A DNA stretch of 60,543 nt, counting the filler, from Dirinaria sp. TL-2023a (Eukaryota), in NCBI GenBank assembly GCA_051941275.1. It is 10 parts of 10 records of this genome, joined end to end, with 100 filler letters (N's around TTAATTAATTAA, not from the genome) between each part and the next. Parts side by side here need not be neighbours in the genome. Positions count along the whole stretch, not along the records: positions 36,496 to 42,440 come from JAVEBF010001556.1; positions 42,541 to 48,477 come from JAVEBF010001557.1; positions 48,578 to 54,511 come from JAVEBF010001558.1; 7 more parts are not named here. One strand, written 5' to 3'. The notes beneath the pieces were generated by a model that worked only from the letters and a program-made list of their open reading frames with translations, had not been told where the DNA came from and did not search any database. A program made the translations under genes and the position numbers. How positions within the stretch are numbered: the stretch's first letter is position 1; every line of letters begins with the position of its first letter. Positions 38,782 to 48,871 of the stretch are shown here, piece after piece.

Positions 38782-41700
38782 ATGAAGACTCCTTACTACA
38801 GCGGCAGCTTCACGGCAGCCCAACACTCAAACGTCGATGATGACGACGAGCTTAGGGAAAGAATGTTAGAGCACCGGCTTGCCAACCGAGACGACGTGCG
38901 TGACATCCATATCGTTACCGCCTTACCCAAATTCAGAGAAAGTGGAACAAACATGGCCAAGAAGGCTTCTGACAAGACCGATCTGTCGTGGGCGATGCAC
39001 TGGGCGCTTCAAGTAGGCGATCAGTTCTTCGAGCTCCAACGGGGCTACCCCGACCCCTTGCGTACAGGACTGAAAGTCTCCAAGTGGGATAAGCATCAGC
39101 AGAGCCATATAATCGAACGTCATCGCCAAGGAGTTACTGCAATGACTGACGATGAGATCAAAGACGTTGGTGAGAAATACTTCTCCCGCTTGGAAAGGAT
39201 AGATATCAATATATACGATGTATGGTGCAACAATTGCCAGATAGCTGTCGATCGTATACTCCGCGATATCGGAGGTCTCTCCTACTACAGGATGGCGCTT
39301 CGGTCAGTGCAGGATATGGTGAAGCAATTTTTCTACAACGCTATTCTGAGTATTACGCAAATGTACGGCCGCTACAGGGGATGGAACGAAGAATTGATTG
39401 CCAAATATACAAAAGTTTTGCACAAAACACTCCGCGTAATGACATCGCGTTCGCACTATCCTAAAAGACATTGGATTAGAGAAGACATCGATGCGGCTGA
39501 CGGTGTCATTAAGAAAGTCAGTACTGTTACTGATCATTGGATACTGACGGTTTTGGAATCGTCCCTCTCGCTTCGGAAGGGCTCTGAGGATCTCTACGTT
39601 CGCCGTGGAAGCGATGGCAAAACCGAGTTGAACTTTGATGGCCTAAAAAGGGCAACCAAAGGCATATTCGATGACGGCGACAATTCGGGATTAGCTTGGC
39701 TCAAGGCAATGCCATGGCTAACAGCAGGCTTCTTGGTAGGAACACCAAGATGGGCTGCCGCTGTCATTTCCATTGCCATTTCACGCGCTTCGCAAATATA
39801 TGACGAACGTACGCATGCAGGGCTGAAGGGCGGTTTGGAAGAGTCTTTGACAGGACTAGGGGTCTCACCCGAGATATCAAATGAATTATCAGCCTCAAAA
39901 ACTAGACCAAAACTGCGCAATCAAAGGCGGTCCACCAATGGACAGAGGAGGATCAGGTCTAAGACCCTCCCTATCGACAGTAAGCTTGTCGCTCGATACG
40001 AACGATGCCTCAGTACTACGGGAGTGCCGTATTTCATTGATCATGTTGACGAAAGCCGGTCATGGGATGCGCCAGATCAGCAGGAGATGTGCTTGAAGAT
40101 AACAGATCCTCCTCTGTCAAAGAAGTGGGAAGAGAAACAAGAAGAAGGCCGAACACTGTATGTCAACCGGATCACAGGAGAAGTGACTGATACCAGACCT
40201 GGGCTGGCGGAAATCTGGGCAGTTAAAAAGAAGGTCAAACCTGACTGGGTAAAGTCGACCATGATGGCTCTGCCCCATGGGTGGGAAATGCGCCGCACAG
40301 AAGACGGCGAAATGTTCTACCTTAACCATAACGAGGATGCTCCGACATCGACAACGACTCACCCAATGAGGCTAGAAATTGAAGGCGAAAGACGGAGTCT
40401 CCTCCCCGAATTCAACGTTGAATGGGATCACGACCGAGGTAAGAAGTACCGTAAAATTTCGACTGGAGAAGTCCGTTGGAAAGCAGTTGATGGACCTCTA
40501 TACACTCAAGCCAATGACAAGACAAGGATCAGTCTCCAAAACCCTCAGGAAGGCTTCGTGGAGCCCTTGCCTCCTGGCTGGACAGTTATGGTTCAAGAGA
40601 ATGGGCTGAAGATCTATTGGAACGGTAAGGTTGGCAAAGACAAGATAGAGAGGACGACGCATCCTTTGACGGACAAGAGACGAAGATTACAGCGGGAATG
40701 GGAGATGCGTTACACGCCTGGGAGCAGGAGATACTGGGTTCATCACGGAGGCGATGGGCGAGGTACGACCTGGTGGACTAGACATCGGCTTCTGAAGAAC
40801 ACGTCCTTGAAGAACAACGCTAGCGGTTGGAAATTGTCCAAGAACGGTCAGGATTGGGAGTGGTTCGAAGGCGGTGATGTTCCACATTCGGAGATCCCAG
40901 TGCTTGATTTAGATGATCCGACGGATTATGAGTTTCGAGAGTATCCCTTCCTTCTTCCGCCGCGGATTGTTACTGAAGACGGAGCATTCATCGAACCGTT
41001 GCCTCCAAATTGGGTGAGGCGAACACATGAGGATGGAAGTGTGTACTACTGGAATTTCAAAGACGAAGTCAGCACGGAATCACACCCCAATGACGAGGAA
41101 AGAAGGAATCTGCCCGCGCTATGGGAGATGCGTTTCACGCGCCACGGTAGGCAATACTTCGTCGATCATGACGATGGATCTTCCTGGTGGACCCATCCCC
41201 GCGAAGACAAGAAAGAGCAGAAACTACGCGCACGACCCGGCCAGGCTCAAGACGGCTGGAAAATTGCAGAAGACAGCAAAAGCTGGGAGAGGTTCGAAGA
41301 ACAACCGGACGCTCAATCCACCGAACAAAATGTGGATGCTCTATCGCACACTTATTCTACTGAGAGCGAGGCAGTACAGGATGGGGAGACTACGGAGACA
41401 ACACGCTCGCGCTCTAACCCTCGGGAATGGCTCAAAAGCATCAATTCGGGTGACATGTCCAACGCTCGGGAGTGGCTCAAAAGCGTCCATTCCGGCGACA
41501 TCTCCAATCCTCGCGACTGGCTCAAGAGCGTCAATTCCAGCGAAATCATCGCCGGTGCCAAGACCCGTTATTCGAGCAGTCCCATATTCCTCAAGAAATT
41601 CGCAAAATCGCCCAGTGCCAATTCCAGTGCCAGTCCCAGTTCCACTCTGACGGGAAGCCCGCAAACACTTGCTGGAGAAGGCGGGGATGGAGATCTAGCA

Positions 41701-42108
41701 GAGAAGAAATGGTTCGGCGAGACACCCGAGATGACCGAGGAGCCTGATCAGGCCACAACACCTTTTCAGATAGACGATACCGAGAAAAACCTAGCGTCTA
41801 TCAGTCCAGAGACTAGCTCGCAGGAGAACCCAGAAAAGGAGATCGGTTCGCTCACAGAGAGACCCGTGAGTAACACGGATGTCCGGAGGGAAGAAGAATC
41901 GAGCACATCTCAACCGCAATCGTCCCCGAATCCAACCAACGCCCCGGAAAAAGACTCCATGAGAACCTGGGCCAAGAGAACCACCTCCGGCCTTCGCGCG
42001 CTGAGAAAGCACACGAGTAAGAACGGGAGCAAGCTTTCCTTGGACCATAGTGGTCCTGAAGCTGCAGTTGAAGGGCTTGGGATCACGACTACGGGATCTG
42101 CGGAGTAG
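38782..42108 (+). CDS. Multi-WW-domain protein with putative N-terminal permuted papain-like (PPPDE/LRAT-type) domain, ~1108 aa, intronless
   Basis: HWALQVGDQFFEL ... YDVWCNNCQ; hydrophobic segment at ~39694-39790; WW-like units such as LPHGWEMRRTEDGEMFYLNH, PLPPNWVRRTHEDGSVYYWN, LPALWEMRFTRHGRQYFVDHDDGSSWWTHP. Confidence 0.85.
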   Translation: MKTPYYSGSFTAAQHSNVDDDDELRERMLEHRLANRDDVRDIHIVTALPKFRESGTNMAKKASDKTDLSWAMHWALQVGDQFFELQRGYPDPLRTGLKVSKWDKHQQSHIIERHRQGVTAMTDDEIKDVGEKYFSRLERIDINIYDVWCNNCQIAVDRILRDIGGLSYYRMALRSVQDMVKQFFYNAILSITQMYGRYRGWNEELIAKYTKVLHKTLRVMTSRSHYPKRHWIREDIDAADGVIKKVSTVTDHWILTVLESSLSLRKGSEDLYVRRGSDGKTELNFDGLKRATKGIFDDGDNSGLAWLKAMPWLTAGFLVGTPRWAAAVISIAISRASQIYDERTHAGLKGGLEESLTGLGVSPEISNELSASKTRPKLRNQRRSTNGQRRIRSKTLPIDSKLVARYERCLSTTGVPYFIDHVDESRSWDAPDQQEMCLKITDPPLSKKWEEKQEEGRTLYVNRITGEVTDTRPGLAEIWAVKKKVKPDWVKSTMMALPHGWEMRRTEDGEMFYLNHNEDAPTSTTTHPMRLEIEGERRSLLPEFNVEWDHDRGKKYRKISTGEVRWKAVDGPLYTQANDKTRISLQNPQEGFVEPLPPGWTVMVQENGLKIYWNGKVGKDKIERTTHPLTDKRRRLQREWEMRYTPGSRRYWVHHGGDGRGTTWWTRHRLLKNTSLKNNASGWKLSKNGQDWEWFEGGDVPHSEIPVLDLDDPTDYEFREYPFLLPPRIVTEDGAFIEPLPPNWVRRTHEDGSVYYWNFKDEVSTESHPNDEERRNLPALWEMRFTRHGRQYFVDHDDGSSWWTHPREDKKEQKLRARPGQAQDGWKIAEDSKSWERFEEQPDAQSTEQNVDALSHTYSTESEAVQDGETTETTRSRSNPREWLKSINSGDMSNAREWLKSVHSGDISNPRDWLKSVNSSEIIAGAKTRYSSSPIFLKKFAKSPSANSSASPSSTLTGSPQTLAGEGGDGDLAEKKWFGETPEMTEEPDQATTPFQIDDTEKNLASISPETSSQENPEKEIGSLTERPVSNTDVRREEESSTSQPQSSPNPTNAPEKDSMRTWAKRTTSGLRALRKHTSKNGSKLSLDHSGPEAAVEGLGITTTGSAE
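41416..41550 (+). repeat. Three 45-bp (15-aa) coding tandem repeats
   Basis: NPREWLKSINSGDMS / NAREWLKSVHSGDIS / NPRDWLKSVNSSEII. Confidence 0.92.
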
Positions 42109-42440
42109 AAGGTAGAAGAGCGTCTACTGCGCCTGGAGAATGAGAAAAAGGTTGAGAGGATTAGTTGAAAAAGAAAAGGGTGTGGACGACCCAACTCTAT
42201 TATGCAATGATGAACAGGTTTCTCTACAGTCTGGGAGCATGGAAAGCAGATAAAGTTTCACTCTTGAAAGCTATTCTATCTTATCCTTTTTTGTCTCTGC
42301 TATAAAAGCGATTGAAATTAGCAATGGTACTCGTAATTCCCCCCACCCCCCCTTTTTTTGTGTGTGTGTTTTCTCGCTCCGTCTTCACTTTCATTCTCAT
42401 CACACATCACAAAAGAAGAAAACCCCTTGCTCTTCTATTC

Positions 42441-42540
42441 NNNNNNNNNNNNNNNNNNNNNNNNNNNNNNNNNNNNNNNNNNNNTTAATTAATTAANNNN
42501 NNNNNNNNNNNNNNNNNNNNNNNNNNNNNNNNNNNNNNNN
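42441..42540. other. Artificial contig linker
   Basis: N44-TTAATTAATTAA-N44. Confidence 0.99.
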
Positions 42541-43344
42541 CTTTTTGTATTCATCTTTTTTCTTACATTTTATCATTATCTATTGCATGCTCAATAAAAG
42601 AGGGGGAGGGGAGATCTATTTTGATTTTGATTTTTGGTGCGTGGTGGCTGCTCACGCCTATCTTGAATGGGTTTAATTAAGGCTGTATATATTACTTTAC
42701 ATCACCATCCTCCGAATATAATTCTACCCTATTACCACCTTGGCTTTAGAAGGAGAAAAAATGGGTGGAAGGGTCGTTTAAATGAAACAGAAAAAAACAA
42801 AAGAAAACAAAAGCACCGATAGACAGAATTCGATCCCCCATCTAACCAGCCAATTTCAATAAATATTCCATAAACAACCAGGGATGGAACACGATTTCCG
42901 CTACGTCACTGCAACTGATGCAAGATATACAAATTCGCGATCGCGATAGAAATTACGGATCATCATCGTCAGATTCATTGAACTTGACTATTTCTCTACG
43001 AGTAAGGTAAGAGGTCATATTATGAGATTGATGAATTCCAAAGCCGCCACTCAATTGGTAACAATTTTTTTCCTTGAAAACTCAGTGCTAAGGAAGGCGC
43101 GCACAAGGTAAGGTTCTATGACGGACACGGCTGTGATGAGACTTGACAAGTACCTAGGTACCTTGATGGAAAGAGCTGGGATTGTGGAAATACCCTAAAG
43201 ATCGCGTAGCGGTAGTTTTGGACAGGGTTCGCTTTTTTGGCTAATTCGGTCGTGTGATCTGTATCATTTCTTGCTTTTTTAAGTGTCTTTGCTTTGTAAT
43301 TCGTTCAATTTCGGGTAATGAATGTGCGATCCAAGTGTCCTACT

Positions 43345-44918
43345 TTAACTTCCTACAGGTCTCGTACCACCTTCAATAATGCCTGCATCTCCCAGATTCC
43401 CCACGAAGACGACCAGGACTGCGCAGTAACTATTTTCACTTCAATTAGCGGCATGGATTTAATTATACTTTCTATCACAAAAAATTCTTTATAGATTTCC
43501 GCGAAGAATGATAGAAAAAAGATGTGTGGACTCACCCGGCACTAGCGGCCAAAATCTCATGCCGCCTCGCTTTCGTAAAGAGCGACAGCACCGCGCTGAA
43601 CGCAAGCGTTGCAACGAGAAGTACGCCCATGCACACGATGTTGGATCGGTTGGTATCAAGGGTGACGGAGAGATGGTACAGCAGCCAGATCGGGATGACG
43701 AGGAGAAGCAGGATGATGCAGGTGATGATTATCGTGACGAACACGTTGATCCGCCCGCGCGTGAAATAGCGGTTTGCCGGGTCGGTGGATTTGGAGGCTG
43801 TTTCCTGAAGTGTGGAAATTAGGTCAGAAAAGGATATTGACCATTGTCAAATCGTTTCAAGAAGAGGTAGAGGGTAGAAGAGTCAGGGGAAAATCTCTAC
43901 CTCCGAACAAAATATCATCTGCGTGATGTGTCAATGTCGCTGAAGAGAGAGGAATATCTAGGACGGAAATTACCTGAAAGAGACGGCAATGAAACGTCCT
44001 GAGCATTCGTTCGACAAAAGCGTCAACGAAAGAGTGGTCTCTGCCCGGACGCAAGCTCACTAGATCTTCCTTGTGATATGCGAACGCCGCTTCGGATTCT
44101 ACGAGACACTGCCGGCCTTCGATGTAGTTACGTAGGCTCAATTGATCTCGCACGGGAGGCTTGTTCATTGCGACGAGGTTTTGGGCTTGTTGCAGCAATT
44201 GACCTACGAGCTCATGTTGTAAGTAATCAGGCTCGCACATAAAGTTACTTTCCAGAGTCAAAAAACGAAATTTACCGTATTTCAGGGTCTTTTCTTCAAT
44301 CCGGTCAAGAAGAGCGACACGATCCCGCCCCGGAAGTTCTCTGTTTTCCTCATCAAGGTCTCTAGACCGTAAGCACGCGCGGCGATCAGGATCGGCACTT
44401 TTGGCATCTTTCTTGTCCATGTCACTCAGAGTGTCCTCAAGCTCGCGAAGCTCATCTTGCCGATGCATGAGCAGTCGCGCATGGATGTATCCGAAGCGCC
44501 GGTATATCATGAAAGATTCATCGCTATCGGCATAGGCCGCTTGCCTAGGATAGCCTTTAGGATGATCCTCCACTATAGGAAAAGAATTAGCTCCTTACTT
44601 AAATATGTAGAGGGTTTGTGGCCTAGCCCCTCACATTTTCTAATGAACGTTTTGGGACCAGGCTTTGGTTTCTTCGTTGGTGCTAGTCTCTTATGCCAAA
44701 AACAGTTCCTCGAGTATCGACCTACATAATCAGGTCAGATCGAGGCTTTTCATGATGATCTTGTGCTTTGTCTCACTAATGGTCCGTGACTTTTTGGACG
44801 CAATTGTCGACCCATACCATGTTGTATGATTAGGCTGCTGCGATTTTGCCTGGGGCAAATCGGCCGAAGACTTCTCGCTGGTGTCATCATGACAGGTTTT
44901 CGGTATATGTCCGTCCAT
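43345..44918 (-). CDS. DUF6594-type membrane protein, ~375 aa, 7 exons (44918-44777, 44721-44635, 44572-44276, 44203-43974, 43918-43901, 43804-43536, 43429-43345)
   Basis: Family hallmarks GYP..AA..DSD..F.IYRRFG.IHAR.L...QDEL..LE..L..MD, DLVSL, C-terminal TM helices, and EILAASAG|YCAVLVVFV; exons sum to 1128 nt in frame; first two exons less certain. Confidence 0.88.
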
Positions 44919-45259
44919 CGCGTCAACATAATCACCTGATGCCGTCGAAAAGATTCAACAAAGACCAGCTTGGAAATTTCAGTAACCGCAATTGACTCCT
45001 GATATAAGATATCTCGTCAGTACTTCAATAACATGAGCTCTTCTATTGCATCTGCCAATAATTTGACGCGCTCCCTCAGCCTTTCGCAGAACCGATCGAT
45101 AGGTGTAGTAGGAGTCGCACAATAGCTCGAGGCTCTTTACCCCGCTTCAAGGCATAACGAGATTCCATAGTCGAAAGGGAGCCTAGCATGCTGCGAAAAT
45201 GCAGGGCTAGAATGACGGAATGCATTGTAGAGATAAGCAGTCTATGGATCCAATTGCCG

Positions 45260-45677
45260 TCAAGCTCTCCTAGTGTCTGTTTCCTTTACCAACTTTTCAT
45301 ACCTGAGCCCGCTCTTATCCTTGAGCCAGTAATCCCACCCACCACGGTCTTGGTCTAACTCCCAACCATCGACGAACATGATATAGTCAAATGTTTGTGA
45401 GGCCGACTTCCTCATCCAAACCTTGCGGCCCTTTTTCCATTTGCGTTCCGGCTAGTTTGGTACTCAGTGTCTCTCGAGAGCTGTTGACCTTGGAAAATTT
45501 ACCGGGTCTCTATTCAATGGATCTGTAGCAACCGTGTGAGCTCTAGTCGCAGGGACTTGCTCCTCCTTAGAAAAGCAGGATCATTAGTGTCCAATCTAAT
45601 CAAGGCATGAGTGACAATACCGTTCTCTCGTCTGTGTTCTCCGAAAAGCCTTCTTGTGCGCCTTGTGAGATATCCAT
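45260..45677 (-). CDS. Small 103-aa protein with a C-terminal SH3/Tudor-like beta-barrel candidate, 3 exons (45677-45621, 45565-45503, 45451-45260)
   Basis: MDISQGAQEGFSENTDERT|EEQVPATRAHTVATDPLNRDP|PERKWKKGRKVWMRKSASQTFDYIMFVDGWELDQDRGGWDYWLKDKSGLRYEKLVKETDTRRA*; two phase-0 introns of 55 and 51 nt (GTATTG..CTAAT..AAG; GTAAAT..CTGAG..TAG); not in the ORF track. Confidence 0.72.
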
Positions 45678-46289
45678 TTGTGATAAATGCCTTATGAGCA
45701 CGACTTAGAACATTCACGAATAAGGTGCTGAGCTTCGTCAGGGTCATGCGGGGCTTTCTTAAGCTAGCGGAACTTGAGGCTCAAAATCGGGACTGCTTTC
45801 CCACCCAACTGAACGCTGTAGAAGATCAACATTGACCCCACCCTTTGTGGAACATATAATGTGTGGGGGTGCAGACCATCCATGATAACCGTCATGCAAG
45901 ACACGCTGAATACAGACTGCGCTCAATGCAAGTATCCATTTCTGGCGAGGTGGGGTACTGGAGCTTGGTGGGCAGATGGATATCCTTAACTGATGTGTGG
46001 TCACTCATGTTCCAAAGTTTATCATCAGCTCGCACACGTAGAATCAATCTCGAATGTACAAGATGCTTTCATGAACTGTGCCAACCACACTGGACGAAAC
46101 GATTGCTTTTCACCGAGCATAGCTTCGTACGCCAAACAAACAGCAAAGCTATCATTACATGGCGCATGCTCAGCTTCCGATTAGAACATGACGTTGAGTG
46201 ATCAATCTGAAATAGGTTGCTGCGCTGGAATTCGAAAATCAAAGCATGCCCCTAATGACTCAATTAAGGCAATGCTCAATGCGCACGCA

Positions 46290-47779
46290 CTATGCATGTG
46301 TCTTCCTCCTCTTCTGGGCGGAAGGCTGAGAGGTCGAACTAGGGGTTGGAGACGGGGACAAGAGATCTGCGCCCTGCAGTGGTGCGGCAACGCCAGGTAG
46401 CACTATCTGGTCGCGCGTGTGCTTCATCCTCAAGGATCTTCTGCGGTCGCCGGCTTGCTTGAAGGCCTTGACTGCGTCCAGCTTTATTGCATTAGCTCCC
46501 GAAGATGGCTGAACGCCTTCCCAGGATGTAAGTCCTCCCCAGGCTATCCTGCTGACTGGCATCCCGCTTTTCCACACGAAGCGATTCAAAGACCATCCAA
46601 AGTCTTTGATTAGGTCCATGGTGGGTACTTCTTTGAAGATAAAGTTCAGGTTTAAAAGTCCTTGCGGCCCGGAGACATGGGAGTCGACAAACGTTGAGTC
46701 GCCTTGGTCGCTACTTTCGAGCAGCGGCGCTAGAATAATCCGCTCAAGGGAGCGAGAGCAACGATCTAATTGAACCGGGACTTGTTCCTTTGGGAACCCA
46801 GGGGCTTCTCTAATTTTGCATGTGAGTTCAGAAACGAGGAACTTGGACTGTTTCTCTACGAGAGCCTCTAGCGCCCATATCAAAGCCGTTGTGAAAGACC
46901 CCTGACCAGGTGATAAAGTAGTATTCCCAGAGGAACAAGCACCAAGAAACTCGAAAGATCTAAAAATATAAGCTCATTATGTTGCGAAATAAAATGGCAC
47001 GGGCATAGTTACCTGTATGACCAAGCCTGACGTGTGCTCCCAAGGTCTCCCGCGTAACAGCTAGACTCACATCTTAGACCACCATAGACAAATTTCTGCA
47101 GCATGGAATGCTTACCAGTCGAATACTTCGAGCACGTCAGCTTTGGTGTCCTGAAAATTATCCTCAATGCGACCCCAGACGATTTCGTTCACTTCCCCTG
47201 GGTTTTCTGAGAGCTTCCGTTTGCTGCATCCTGTTAATCGGAATACGGTTGAAGTAGAGAGAGCGCCAACCCAGAGAGAGTAAGGCCGTGGCGGCCATTT
47301 CCGGACGACTTTGGACTACCATGACCAGCGTAGTACACCAGGAGGAGCGTCTGATATGCATCCTCCGCGTACAAAAAATCCGATGTGTATTTCATGAGTT
47401 GGATATGAGGGAGATGGTCAGAGTTGCTATCAAGATATACGCGAATGACTTTGTAATGGAAGGTTTTCTCAAGAACACGCGCGAGTTTAGAGACCTGGTA
47501 AATCAGCTACGGTTTTCTCGGAAGGTGAGGAGGGCGTACTTCTTCGTCCGTATGCAAATCGTCGCATGCCTTATCCCACGATACCAGGAGGCAGCTGACC
47601 TTTTTGTAGAAAGAGGGTGTTTTGTAGTGGCCGCTGTTATCCATTACAGTGTTCCAGGCAATCTGAAACCTGGCATTTTCTTTCTCGAATGGATCTTCGT
47701 ATTGCACTGAGGAAGCAACTTCCGCATGCCTTTCATTTGGTTGGGCATGCGGAGTCGCATTAGCAGAGAACGGCGCCAT
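46290..47779 (-). CDS. Caspase-like (clan CD / C14-like) cysteine protease, ~429 aa, 5 exons (47779-47540, 47494-47271, 47223-47116, 47060-47013, 46959-46290)
   Basis: Strand-1 motif VSCLLVSW..DDL...E|VSKLARV...FHY; His motif LLLVYYAGHG; Cys motif ADVLEVFDC|CYAG; FEFLGAC; GSFTTALIWAL; exons sum to 1290 nt in frame. Confidence 0.85.
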
Positions 47780-48477
47780 GAATCCACGCCTGCTTGCAAA
47801 AACAGTGGTAAGAAGCGTAAGAAGTTAGGCTGACGATATCACCTTTTCACTCGATTAACAAAAAAAAAAAGAGATGAAGAACAGATGTGTTTCGATGAAA
47901 ACGAGCAAGCTGACTATTTAGCTTTAGGCCGAATCAGCAGCTCTGCAAGTATTGTTCATTAAGCCGCTCGTTCTGCCTTGAGCTCATGAATCAAACTTCT
48001 GTCGAACTATAAATAACAGACACCTAGTTTACCGACGTTCTAATGGGAAGGCTGTACCAAGGCGCTTTTGAGCCCCACTATGTAGACAGTCGCTGCCTCC
48101 TATCCGTGTGGAGCCCATAACCCTTCATGAGACACTGCCTCATCGTCTTGTTGGGCTGAGCATACAGTACAAGCCCACAGCGATGGGTGCTGTAGGAATT
48201 GGTAAGCATTGCGTCTGTAGGTACACATCAAGCTGCTCCGCCGCACACTTTCCCAATCTTTCTCCGATAATACTTCCCGATTCCGCATTGCTATAACAAT
48301 CCTGCATCTGGAAGTATCCGATGAGCAGCGCCAGGAAAAGAGTGCTTAGATGTTGGTCATATGTCACAACAGCCTTTTAATACAACGTCTATTTCTACTT
48401 TACGATGTAAGATTGACTGTCAAGGCCTCAATCGTAGATCTTGTCTCAGCGAGGTCTGGAGCAGAATGTGACGCTGC

Positions 48478-48577
48478 NNNNNNNNNNNNNNNNNNNNNNN
48501 NNNNNNNNNNNNNNNNNNNNNTTAATTAATTAANNNNNNNNNNNNNNNNNNNNNNNNNNNNNNNNNNNNNNNNNNNN
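48478..48577. other. Artificial contig linker
   Basis: N44-TTAATTAATTAA-N44. Confidence 0.99.
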
Positions 48578-48871
48578 ATTGCAACGAACAACAACCGCAT
48601 TTGAAAAATTGGTGATGGTAATGGTTTGGTATCTAGTACAGTAGTAGTAAGGTCCCGTCCCCAGCAGGTAAGGAAGGTTCGATAGATCCCTTGCCTCCCT
48701 CACTATACTTGCTTGCTCTCTCTCAGCCTACACTACTGCGGAGCATATATTGTGTGAGACTGACCGACCGACCGAAACCCCCGGTTCCGTTCCCTATGGA
48801 TGGAAAATCTCCTTCAGCGTGAACAGAATTTGATGAAATTGCTATATGTGATCCACTACCTACCTATCTTA

